Shown here in pieces: positions 22,969 through 31,852 of a stretch of 64,000 bases of DNA. The first letter of the stretch is position 1; each line of letters opens with the position of its first letter. Position numbers and translations under genes: made by a program. Origin of the DNA: an uncultured bacterium (GTDB lineage Bacteria; Acidobacteriota; Aminicenantia; Aminicenantales; Saccharicenantaceae); assembly GCA_937920515.1 (NCBI GenBank), contig CALEUG010000001.1:12070-76069 (forward strand), given 5' to 3'. The notes beneath the pieces were generated by a model. That model ran no database searches, was not told the DNA's origin, and was given only the letters and a program-made list of their open reading frames with translations.

Positions 22969-24030
22969 TCACATCGGCAGCAGGAAACGCAGGCGAAGAA
23001 CTCTTTCTGCCGGCTTCCCGAAAGGAGAATAGCTGGTATCGTCGGGACCGCCGATGCTCAGGTCGGGAAACCACTGCCACCAGTACATGCCGGCCAGGTA
23101 GGGCCGGCCGGCCACCATCCGCAGGGCGGCTTCGTAACACTTGCGCTGTACCACCAGGTCGACCGGGCCTTCCTTCTGCCAGTCCCAGGGATTATGGGCC
23201 GCCCCCTGGACGCTGCGGTAGCCGATTTCAGTGATCAGCACCGGTTTCCCCCATTTCTCCGACAGAGCCTTGATTTTAACCAGCAGCCGGGCCCAGCCAT
23301 AACAGAGGTCAGAAACCGAGGGATTGGTCCTGGAAGTCAGGGTGGGGTAAAGATCCTGCCCTATTAAATCCAGGGCATCCCAGAAAGTCACCGCTTCCGG
23401 CTTGCTTTCCACCTGATCATCGGCATAGACCAGGGTGCCGGGGTAAACCTGCCTGACCTCAGCGATAATCTGCCGCCAGTCCTGGGCCCGGGCCACGGTG
23501 CCGTCGAGCTCGCAGCCAACGGAGAACTGCTCGGCGCCGGTGGCCGCGGCGATTCCGGCATAGTGAAGTATGAATTGACGGTAGGAGCTCAGCCACTGCT
23601 GCCAGGACGCCTCGTTGAAATACAAACCGATCTGCCCGCGCCAGTGATCGGGGTCGTTGAGCAGGTCGACGTGCGGTTTGAGCATGACCTTCAAGCCCAG
23701 CTGATGGGCATAATTGATCATGTGCACCACGGAATCGTCGTTAGGAGTGTAAGCCCCGCTGTAATCGATGACGGTTGAATAGACGTTGTCCTGGTAACCC
23801 GTTACCAGCAGGCTGACCCAGGTGGCATTGGTCTTCTTGAGATTCCGGAGAGATTCTTCAGCCTGCCAGCCGTTATAGGCCTCGCGGGTATATCCGGTGA
23901 AGGCCACTCCCTTCTGAAACTCCCTTACCCCTCGGATCTGGTTCAGGCCGATTGGACTTGAAAATAGAATGAGACCGGCCATCAAAACCGCGGCCATAGC
24001 CAGAGATAGCATGACTCTTCCCCGTTTCAT
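22969..24030 (-). CDS. Secreted GH113-like glycoside hydrolase (putative beta-mannanase)
   Basis: Signal peptide; LKVMLKPHVD and WRG motifs; GCEL (acid/base) and ITEIGYRS (nucleophile). Confidence 0.8.
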   Translation of the reverse strand: MKRGRVMLSLAMAAVLMAGLILFSSPIGLNQIRGVREFQKGVAFTGYTREAYNGWQAEESLRNLKKTNATWVSLLVTGYQDNVYSTVIDYSGAYTPNDDSVVHMINYAHQLGLKVMLKPHVDLLNDPDHWRGQIGLYFNEASWQQWLSSYRQFILHYAGIAAATGAEQFSVGCELDGTVARAQDWRQIIAEVRQVYPGTLVYADDQVESKPEAVTFWDALDLIGQDLYPTLTSRTNPSVSDLCYGWARLLVKIKALSEKWGKPVLITEIGYRSVQGAAHNPWDWQKEGPVDLVVQRKCYEAALRMVAGRPYLAGMYWWQWFPDLSIGGPDDTSYSPFGKPAERVLRLRFLLPM

Positions 24031-24152
24031 GTTGCTATTTATATGTTAACAGATTCCGCCAGGCGAAGCAAAAGACTGGAAGGAAACATCCATGAATTTG
24101 ACTTTAATTATACCGGGTGTTAATTTATAAATTGGGAAAAAGGAGCACATAA

Positions 24153-24797
24153 ATGAATAAAAAAATTCTTTTAGTCCTGGCGCTGGTTTTTATTCTTTCT
24201 TCAGCCTGCGGAGTCAGCATGCTGCCCTCAAGGGACTCCTGGTATGCCAAACATTACTTCATCATGCAGGACTTTGAAAGAGAAGCCTATAAAAAGCTCA
24301 CTACCGAGGGCCGGGTGCAATTCCAGACCCTTTTCTGGGAAGCCCGGCAGCCCGTGGCCAGGGAGCAATTTGACACCCGTATTGCTTACATAGAGCGGGT
24401 TTACAAGACCGAAAACAGGTCCCAGCCCTGGAATACCGACCGGGCCCGGGTTTACCTTCTGAACGGCCCTCCGGCTTCCATAGATTACCGGCAGAACACC
24501 GACTGGGCGACAACCGTTCAGCAGACCACGGGAGCCACCGGCAGCCGGGAAATGGGCGACCGGACCAACGAAGACATTCAGGCTAACACCGCCGAAATCT
24601 GGGTCTATCCCTACGATAAGTATTTTGTGTATTATGTTTTCACCTTCTCCCCGCCCAACACCTGGAAACTTAACCCCGCAACCTATCAGAACAACCAGTA
24701 CGTGCAGGCCTTAGAAAATCTGAACAAGGACCTGACTTTCGGGATAGTGGACGAGACAGCCTACAAGGCTAAACTGGAAGCACTCCCCCATAAATAA
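24153..24797 (+). CDS. GWxTD-domain lipoprotein
   Basis: Lipobox LSSAC; FW..R..P...F..RI.Y and PWNTDRARVYLLNGPP...EIWVY match the GWxTD pattern. Confidence 0.75.
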   Translation: MNKKILLVLALVFILSSACGVSMLPSRDSWYAKHYFIMQDFEREAYKKLTTEGRVQFQTLFWEARQPVAREQFDTRIAYIERVYKTENRSQPWNTDRARVYLLNGPPASIDYRQNTDWATTVQQTTGATGSREMGDRTNEDIQANTAEIWVYPYDKYFVYYVFTFSPPNTWKLNPATYQNNQYVQALENLNKDLTFGIVDETAYKAKLEALPHK

Positions 24798-24803
24798 GAA
24801 AAG

Positions 24804-24876
24804 CAGCGCTACGGGGATTCGAACCCCGGTTTGATGGCTGAGAACCACCCGTCCTAGGCCTCTAGACGATAGCGCC
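24804..24876 (-). tRNA. tRNA-Glu (anticodon CTC), CCA not encoded
   Basis: Reverse complement gives acceptor stem GGCGCTA/TAGCGCT, anticodon arm GGTGG-TTCTCAG-CCATC and GGTTCGAATCC. Confidence 0.95.
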
Positions 24877-24887
24877 GCAAGGCTAAA

Positions 24888-24916
24888 AAAATACCAGATT
24901 CTTTCCTGGCTGTCAA
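24888..24916 (-). promoter_or_regulatory. Sigma-70 promoter for tRNA-Glu
   Basis: TTGACA-N17-TATTTT with an extended -10 TG. Confidence 0.6.
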
Positions 24917-25183
24917 TCATTTATCCCGACTGCCATCCTCCCCCTCTTTATCTACCACACTTTTGGCTGAAAAGCCTCAGGTGATATGGCAAAATCCTCG
25001 CCCAATCGTCGCATCTCGGAAAATCTTACAGGAAATTCACAATCTTTTGCCAGCGCTTGTTCGCCAACTGTTTCTCCTTTTGCGCTTCAAGGCCGCAATC
25101 CGGGTAAAAGTTCCTTACTTTTCCGCTAAAACCTTGAAATTCTGCAGGTAAAAGGATTCCCGGCAGCAGGCGGCAAGTGGCTG

Positions 25184-25529
25184 ATAATAAGTCGTGGCGA
25201 TTGCCGGGCCATTAAGCTGTAAGTAAAGAGATTGTTTCACCGAATAAACGGCACTCAGATTGCCACCGGACACCGAAAACGGAGGGGAACCTTAAATTAA
25301 ATGGAGTGCAGGAACCGACGGGACTGGTTCCCGAACGCATGGCGACAACCGAAATAATGAGTCGTGGCGATTGCCGGACTTAAATATCATTAAGCAAAAA
25401 CTTATTCCGCTGCGCAAAGGGCACACGAGCTATCGCCGGGCTTCCATAGTGGAGGGGGACCCGCTTTCTGAGCGGGGGAACCGACGGGACTGGTTCCCGG
25501 ATGCATGGCTACAGCTCATGTGCCCCTAC
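25184..25529. repeat. Two tandem, diverged copies of a ~170-bp structured element
   Basis: GTCGTGGCGATTGCCGG at 25191 and 25361; GGAGGGG(A/G)ACC at 25281 and 25451; GGAACCGACGGGACTGGTTCCCG at 25311 and 25477. Confidence 0.85.
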
Positions 25530-25570
25530 CAAAGGCTTATCCAGACGTACGGGCCAGCCCCGCATCCCTG

Positions 25571-27316
25571 CTACATCCGCCTGGCCTGCAGCAGCTTGGC
25601 CTGGGTCTCGCCGCCGTTCAGCCGGTAGAGCATGGGCAGCGGCCGGTCGAGGCCTTCCTGGTACTCAGGCAGGTTCTCCCAGCGGTAGTTCAGGACGCAG
25701 GCATAATCGGAGAAGTACTGCCAGCGCCGGCGGTTGAGCCCGGTCACCATGTGGAAATGGTTGGCCGGCATGCCCATCTTGACCAGACTGGCCGGCAGGT
25801 GGTCATAAGTCACGAAGGTGTGAGGCCAGGAATAATCTGAAGCCCGGCAGACTTCTTCCGCCAGAAGCGGCGGCAGCGAGACGCTCTCGGCTTCGCCCTG
25901 GACCATGGTAAACAGGCCACTCAGGTCGGAATAAGCCAGGCGTCCGGCCAGTCCCCTGATGCCAGCCGGGGAAAGATAACTTACAGAAAATCCCAGTCCC
26001 GGGAAGTAATATTCAATTGCCTTGAATAAGAAGGCTTCCCCGGCATAATCAAGCGAAGCCGAGCCGGAGTTGTTGCCGTCAACAAAGCCGCGCTGCATCC
26101 AGCCCTCGTTCTCGAACGAAGCCAGGTCGACCTCAAGCTCTCTGGCCTTCTTCCTGATTTCCCGGGGTTCGTAGACCTTGCGGAAATCCATGAACAGCGT
26201 CGGCTGTCCCCCGCTCAGGTAACAATAACAGATCATGGTCAGCAGGGCCTGGATGTCATTCTCGGTGGCAAAGGGAATGACCGGCTTTTTACCGGTGTGG
26301 TCTTCGGTTGAATTAAACAGGGATTCGGCAATGTCGGCCGTGGTCAGGGGAATCCCCCGCCGGTCAGAACCCCAGGCTAACTGGCTGGTCCAGCCTCCGC
26401 CCACGGCCTTAACGTCTCTGAGGTAATTCCTGATGATCAGGTAAAGGGCAAGGCCTTCATCCAGCTTTTTCTTATCTTCGGCGGTCAGGGACGGCGGCTT
26501 GACCCGGTCCAGCCCGGTGAGCAGGTTCTTTCTGGAATTTATTATTTCTTCGGTGTTGGTAAAAATCCGGTTCTTGAACTTGACATTCACCACCCAGTCC
26601 CGCAGGGCTTTCAGCTCTTCCGGGTCATAGCCACCCTTCTTATGCAACATGTCGGCAAAAAGCTTCATCGACTCGCGAGTTGATTCCAGGCCAAAAAATT
26701 TCCTGGCGGCATGAACATGGTTCAGGGCCGTTTCCATCTGCATGGAATCGGTGTCAATGGCAACGTATCTTTTGCCGCGCAGAGCCACCCGGGCCAGCAT
26801 GGCATAACCGAGGTCCACGATTTGCTCGGCAGTCTGCTGGTCAAATTCCGGTTCCAGACCGGTTTCCGGCATGTTGCCAATTATCATCTGGCAGAGCCGG
26901 CCGGTCTGGGCATAGGCCCCGACCAGGGCGTCTATCCCCACCACTCCCGGCTTCGGGGCATTATTGCCGCCGACGCAGGCCAGCGGGGTGTCAACCGGGA
27001 AATGGGCGGTCAGGGCCAGGGCCGATTTCCCGGGGAAAAACCAGGTGTCAGGGACGATGAAGAGGCCGGCCACGCCGGCCTCTTTCATTTCCCTGGCCCC
27101 GGAATCAGCCGTGCTCTCCGAGTCCACCAGGCGGGAGCAATAGAAGACGTTGGGTGCGGCTCCGTCTGGCAGGCGAAGATGCCGGGCCAGCAGCCGGGCG
27201 GTCATCCGGCCGATGTTGAAAGCCCTGGTCCTGGAGGTTTCGTCAATCCTGGGGTCGCAGGGCACGAATACTCCCAGAGTGGGGTTGTCAGGATTTCTCT
27301 TTCCGATGAAAGGCAT
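25571..27316 (-). CDS. fucI: L-fucose/D-arabinose isomerase-like protein
   Basis: FucI-like size; ATEND, F.D.R, NSGSA and ANH motifs include the catalytic Glu/Asp and the metal-binding His. Confidence 0.75.
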   Translation of the reverse strand: MPFIGKRNPDNPTLGVFVPCDPRIDETSRTRAFNIGRMTARLLARHLRLPDGAAPNVFYCSRLVDSESTADSGAREMKEAGVAGLFIVPDTWFFPGKSALALTAHFPVDTPLACVGGNNAPKPGVVGIDALVGAYAQTGRLCQMIIGNMPETGLEPEFDQQTAEQIVDLGYAMLARVALRGKRYVAIDTDSMQMETALNHVHAARKFFGLESTRESMKLFADMLHKKGGYDPEELKALRDWVVNVKFKNRIFTNTEEIINSRKNLLTGLDRVKPPSLTAEDKKKLDEGLALYLIIRNYLRDVKAVGGGWTSQLAWGSDRRGIPLTTADIAESLFNSTEDHTGKKPVIPFATENDIQALLTMICYCYLSGGQPTLFMDFRKVYEPREIRKKARELEVDLASFENEGWMQRGFVDGNNSGSASLDYAGEAFLFKAIEYYFPGLGFSVSYLSPAGIRGLAGRLAYSDLSGLFTMVQGEAESVSLPPLLAEEVCRASDYSWPHTFVTYDHLPASLVKMGMPANHFHMVTGLNRRRWQYFSDYACVLNYRWENLPEYQEGLDRPLPMLYRLNGGETQAKLLQARRM

Positions 27317-27338
27317 GGCTCCTCCTTTCAGGCTTTTT

Positions 27339-27366
27339 AATATATGAATGATTGTTCATATGTCAA
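27339..27366 (-). promoter_or_regulatory. Sigma-70 promoter of the fucI-like gene overlapped by a palindromic operator
   Basis: TTGACA-N16-TATATT on the minus strand; ATATGAA-N6-TTCATAT spans the spacer. Confidence 0.65.
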
Positions 27367-27493
27367 AGGATTCGGCGATGTTAAGCTCAGAGGGCCCGGC
27401 CGTGTCTGGAAACCGCCACCCATGTCGGCCTCTTTAAAAAGACCTCATGACAAAACCTAACCGGCCTGGTTCCGGTGGCACCGCCCGCCGTCG

Positions 27494-28426
27494 TCAGATG
27501 TATTCTATGGTGGCCGGCGGCTTGGGAGTAATCTCGTAGGCTACCCGCACCACCGACGGAATCTCCCTGGTAATGCGGCTGGCCAGCCTGGTCAGGACGT
27601 CCCAGGGAACAGGAGTCGGCTGGGCGGTCATGGCATCCAGGCTTTCCACCGACCTGACGATGATTATGTTGCCAAATTTTCTCCTGCCTTCCTCCACCCC
27701 GGTCCCCATGTCGTTCATCAATACGGCAAAAGCCTGGAAAGGCTGGAGGGGAGCCAGCTCTTCTTCCACAATCCTGGTGGCCCTGCGGACCAGCTCCACA
27801 CGCTCCGGGGTGACCTCGCCGATGACCCTGGTGGCCAGGGCCGGGCCGGGAAAGGGCATCCTTTTGAAAATCAGCTCGGGCAGGCCCAGGGCCCGGCCGA
27901 CTTCCCGTACCTCATGCTTGAACAATTCTTTTAAGGGCTCGATTATCTTGAAGCCGAAGCCTTTTTCCGGGTCAATCCCGATCTGCTCCAGGATGTTATG
28001 CTGGGTCTTAACCCCGCGCCTGGTTTCAATAATGTCGGCGGCTATGGTCCCCTGGATCAGGTACCTGGCCTTACTCTTCAGAACCTGGCGGCCAAAGACC
28101 TTGTAGAAAGTATTGCGGAAGGCTTTCCTTTTTTCTTCCGGGTCAGTCTTTCCCTTCAGAGCTTCGAAAAATTCGTTACTGGCATCCACTATTTCCAGTT
28201 CTATGCCCAGGCGGGCAAAGGTAGCCCTGACCTCTTCCGGTTCTTTTTCTCTCATCAGCCCGTGGTCAATAAAGATGGTCTTGAGCTGCGAACCAAGGGC
28301 CCGGTGGGCCAGCAGGGTGGCCACCGAGCTATCCACTCCACCAGAGAGGGCGGAGATAGCTTTATCCCTGCCTACTGTTTCTTTTATTTCCTCTACCTGG
28401 CGCTCGATAAATTTTTTGACGTCCAT
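27494..28426 (-). CDS. GMP synthase ATP-pyrophosphatase/C-terminal subunit (no glutaminase domain; archaeal GuaAB-like)
   Basis: SGGVDSS PP-loop, PEEKRK, QGT..DIIE, KTQHN, PFPGP and KPPATIE motifs; only 310 aa. Confidence 0.9.
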   Translation of the reverse strand: MDVKKFIERQVEEIKETVGRDKAISALSGGVDSSVATLLAHRALGSQLKTIFIDHGLMREKEPEEVRATFARLGIELEIVDASNEFFEALKGKTDPEEKRKAFRNTFYKVFGRQVLKSKARYLIQGTIAADIIETRRGVKTQHNILEQIGIDPEKGFGFKIIEPLKELFKHEVREVGRALGLPELIFKRMPFPGPALATRVIGEVTPERVELVRRATRIVEEELAPLQPFQAFAVLMNDMGTGVEEGRRKFGNIIIVRSVESLDAMTAQPTPVPWDVLTRLASRITREIPSVVRVAYEITPKPPATIEYI

Positions 28427-28565
28427 TTATTCCTCCGTTTCAAGGGCATAACAGGGTATAAAGATGATACAATAACCGCCGGAATTAAGTCCATAAAAAA
28501 TTAATTTTTGCACATTTTCCAGTTGATTTTTGCTGACAAAAGTTGGATATTATTAGCAGAGATTT

Positions 28566-28653
28566 AAAAAGAGGAGGGCCTCCATCCAAGGCGTAAGATT
28601 GACCGGAGAAGGACGCCCCCCGAGAGTCCTTCTCCCCTGCCCTCCTCGGGAGG
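28566..28653 (-). promoter_or_regulatory. Structured intergenic element / possible attenuator upstream of the GMP synthase subunit
   Basis: Stems GAGGAGGGC/GCCCTCCTC and GGAGAAGGAC/GTCCTTCTCC; the outer stem is followed by a T5 run on the minus strand. Confidence 0.4.
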
Positions 28654-28769
28654 ATTTCCTACTCATTTAGTCGCCTCTTTCCGGAAAAAATTGAAAAATT
28701 TTTTCTGTATTTTTTCCCCTCCCGGAAGTAAAATCAAACCTTTAATTTTGATTTTATCTGGAATATGCC

Positions 28770-30119
28770 ATGAAACCTGCAACCAGGCTGGAAAGAATTT
28801 ATCTCGTTCTTACTTTAATTTTGATGATTCTGGCAGCCCCGGCTCCACTCCTGGCGGTCGGCCAGGCAAAACCCCCCGCCTATTACCAGAAAATCAAGGA
28901 ACTTGCAGTCAGGGTTGAGCCGGAAATAATCGCTATCAGGCGGGACCTCCATGCCCACCCCGAGCTGGCTTTCCAGGAAAGGCGAACCGCAGGCATAGTG
29001 GCTGATTATTTCCGCAAGCTTGGACTGGAAGTCCGGACGGAAATCGGCGGGACCGGAGTCCTTGGTGTGCTTAAAGGAGGACTGCCCGGGCCGGTTCTGG
29101 CCATGCGCGGCGACATGGATGCCCTGGCCATCACCGAGGAAACCGACCTGCCCTTTGCCTCCAAGGAAAAGGTAATCATAAACGGCCAGGAGACCGGCCT
29201 GATGCATGCCTGCGGCCACGATATCCATACGGCCATGCTGCTGGGTGTGGCTTCAGTTCTCAGCCAGATGAAAAACCAGGTCACGGGCACCATCCTGTTC
29301 ATAGCTCAGCCGGCTGAAGAATGGGGCGACGGCGCCCAGAAAATGATTCAGGACGGAGTCTTCCGCGATTACCGTCCCGAGGCCATTTTTGCTTTCCACG
29401 TGGACGATACCCTCAAGGCCGGTTACGTTCATTATGTTCCGGGCTATTCCGGGGCCAACTGCGACACCTTTTTCCTGAATATTTATTCCGAAGGTTGCCA
29501 CGGAGCCGACCCCGACCAGTGTGTCGACCCGATTGTCGTCGGAAGCCACGTCGTCCTGGCCCTGCAGGCCATGGTCAGCCGGGAAATAGACGTTCACGAC
29601 CACACCGTCATCACCGTGGGCTACTTTCATGCCGGCACGGCCACCAACATCATTCCGAAAAAGGCCGAGCTCAGGGCCACCGTCAGAAGCTACGGAGATG
29701 AGCATAGAGAGCGCCTCAAGAAAAAAATAACCAGGACCATTACCGGCATCTGCCAGTCTCATGGAGCTCCCTTCGAGCTGGACTACCAGTTCGGCACGCC
29801 GTCTCTTTACAACCACCCCGAACTGCTCGAAGCTATCAGGCCGACGGCCGAGGCCGTCCTGGGCGGACCTGACAGGCTGATTAAGGACCGGCCGGAGATG
29901 GGCGGCGAGGATTTCAGCTATTTTGCCAGGGAAATACCGGCGGTGATGCTGTCGCTGGGGGTGGTTCCGCCCCACCTGGAAAGGACCTCAGTCCACTCCC
30001 CCACCTTTGTGGCCGATGAAAAGGCGATTGGACTGGGAATAAAGCTTATGTCCTGCATCCTGATGGATTACGCCCGCAAACCGGCCGCCCGAAGAGTCCG
30101 CGCTTTCAAGAAATCATAA
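28770..30119 (+). CDS. M20D family amidohydrolase with a signal peptide
   Basis: RRDLHAHPEL, RGDMDAL, MHACGHD, QPAEE, GEDF and HSP motifs. Confidence 0.92.
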   Translation: MKPATRLERIYLVLTLILMILAAPAPLLAVGQAKPPAYYQKIKELAVRVEPEIIAIRRDLHAHPELAFQERRTAGIVADYFRKLGLEVRTEIGGTGVLGVLKGGLPGPVLAMRGDMDALAITEETDLPFASKEKVIINGQETGLMHACGHDIHTAMLLGVASVLSQMKNQVTGTILFIAQPAEEWGDGAQKMIQDGVFRDYRPEAIFAFHVDDTLKAGYVHYVPGYSGANCDTFFLNIYSEGCHGADPDQCVDPIVVGSHVVLALQAMVSREIDVHDHTVITVGYFHAGTATNIIPKKAELRATVRSYGDEHRERLKKKITRTITGICQSHGAPFELDYQFGTPSLYNHPELLEAIRPTAEAVLGGPDRLIKDRPEMGGEDFSYFAREIPAVMLSLGVVPPHLERTSVHSPTFVADEKAIGLGIKLMSCILMDYARKPAARRVRAFKKS

Positions 30120-30499
30120 AAGCCAGCCGGGCCGCCGTGTTGATTGATAATAAATTCGGGTCAGAATTAGTTCAGAGCAGCTTCTGATTTTCTTGTCATT
30201 CAACAACTCCGGGTTATTTTTTCAGGAAGCCAATGTTAGCTGTTTCCTGGTTTAACCCTTTTACCCCCAGATAAACCTTGCCTGTGAATTAAAGCCTTAA
30301 GATTTAGTGAACCCAACTCTTCAGACCTGCCGTCCCGGGAGTGACCGCCCGGCCCTGGCCTGATCTGGTCTGACTGCAAACCGCTGAAGGCAGGTCCTTG
30401 AGCATTCCTGAACAAGAGGTCCCGGACTGCCAGGCCTGTTTAACGGGTTAATTCAATTGATAAAAATGGTGCCTGATGGTAAATTGATAACATTCAGCC

Positions 30500-31849
30500 A
30501 TGAAATTGCTAAAACTAAACATCTCCGGCGTCCGCGGCATCGTCGGACAGACCATCACTCCAGAACTGGTCATAGATTTTGCTTCAGCTTTTGGAACCAT
30601 GCTGCCGGCCGGAAAGGTCCTGGCAGGCCGCGACAGCCGGAAATCAGGGTTGATGGTGCAGGAAGCGGCGGTCTCGGCCCTTCTCTCCACCGGTCACGAA
30701 GTTGTCAATCTTGGAATCTGCCCCACCCCCATCATCCAGTTCCTGGTGAAGCAGCACCGGGCCGCCGGGGCCATTGCCATCACCGCCGGGCACAACCCGG
30801 CCGAGTGGAATGCCCTGAATTTCATCAACAGCCAGGGCACCTACCTCAACGAATTCCAGGGTTCGGAGCTGCTCGATATTTACCACCTGGGGCATTTTGC
30901 CCACCAGAAGCTTAAAAAATCCCCGGCAGTGGTCAATGAGCTTAACGCGGAAGAGGTCTATTTTTCCTGGTTGAGCCGCCGGCTGCGAACGGAAGAAATC
31001 AGCCGGGCCAGGTTCAAGGTGGTGGTCGACCCCTGCAACGGGGCCGGGGCCGGGCTGGTCAACAAGTTTTTCCAATCCCTGGGTTGCGAGCTGGTGGCCG
31101 TCAACAACGAGCCCAGCGGCTATTTTCCCCACGAACCGGAACCGCGCCCCAGGAATGCCGGTGAGGTGTCCTCGCTGGTCAGGGCCACCGGGGCCAGCGT
31201 GGGCTTTCTTCTTAACAGCGACGTCAGCCGCGTCTCCCTGGTGGCCGAGACCGGGGAAACCCTGTCGGAAGAATACACCCTGCCGGTTGTGGCCGGTTAT
31301 TACTTAGAGCAGCAGCCGGGACCGGTCATCACCAGCCTTTCCACCTCCCGCATGATTGAAGAAGTGGCGGCCAGGTCCCGGGTCCCGGTCATCAGAACCA
31401 GGGTTGGCCAGTCGGCCCTCGTCCAGACGATGCTCCAGGAAGACGGGGCCCTGGCCGGAGAGGGCAGCGGCGGGCTGGCCCTCCGCCGCTTTCAGCCGGC
31501 CTTTGATGGCTTTGCGGTCATGGGCCTGGTCCTGGAAGCGATGGCCGTTAAGCAAAAAAAACTTTCAGAGCTGGTAAAAGCTCTTCCCCGCTATCATATA
31601 GTCAAGGATAAAATAGTCTGCCCGCCCCACCGCCTGCACTCGCTGGTGGCTGAAACCAGAAAACTTTACCCCCGGGCTGAAATCAATCTCCTCGATGGAT
31701 TGCACGTTACCCTGAAAGAGGCCTGGGTGCACATCAGGGCTTCCAGCACCGAGCCCCTAATCAGGATAATTGCCGAAAGCCCTTCGGCCACCAGGGCCCA
31801 GCTCGAGGTAGACAGGGTGGTAGCTTTCCTTAACCGATTACTCGGGTAA
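30500..31849 (+). CDS. Phosphohexomutase (GlmM/PMM-like) paralogue with a degenerate active site
   Basis: Full fold (SGVRG, G..PTP, D..NGAG, IRASSTEPLIR) but ITAGHNP replaces ITASHNP and NSDVSR replaces DxDxDR. Confidence 0.85.
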   Translation: MKLLKLNISGVRGIVGQTITPELVIDFASAFGTMLPAGKVLAGRDSRKSGLMVQEAAVSALLSTGHEVVNLGICPTPIIQFLVKQHRAAGAIAITAGHNPAEWNALNFINSQGTYLNEFQGSELLDIYHLGHFAHQKLKKSPAVVNELNAEEVYFSWLSRRLRTEEISRARFKVVVDPCNGAGAGLVNKFFQSLGCELVAVNNEPSGYFPHEPEPRPRNAGEVSSLVRATGASVGFLLNSDVSRVSLVAETGETLSEEYTLPVVAGYYLEQQPGPVITSLSTSRMIEEVAARSRVPVIRTRVGQSALVQTMLQEDGALAGEGSGGLALRRFQPAFDGFAVMGLVLEAMAVKQKKLSELVKALPRYHIVKDKIVCPPHRLHSLVAETRKLYPRAEINLLDGLHVTLKEAWVHIRASSTEPLIRIIAESPSATRAQLEVDRVVAFLNRLLG

Positions 31850-31852
31850 AAC

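Noticed and set aside
21040-24876. Segment flanked by two tRNAs as a possible genomic island
   Set aside because: No integrase, no duplicated tRNA 3' end, and the cargo looks native.
25184-25529. The tandem repeats as a CRISPR array
   Set aside because: Only two units, a 170-bp period, intervening sequences homologous to each other, and no cas genes.
30320-30400. AGACCTGCC as a cobalamin riboswitch, or a glmS ribozyme before the mutase genes
   Set aside because: Other B12-box and glmS core elements are missing; only a GACCTGCC/GGCAGGTC stem is present.
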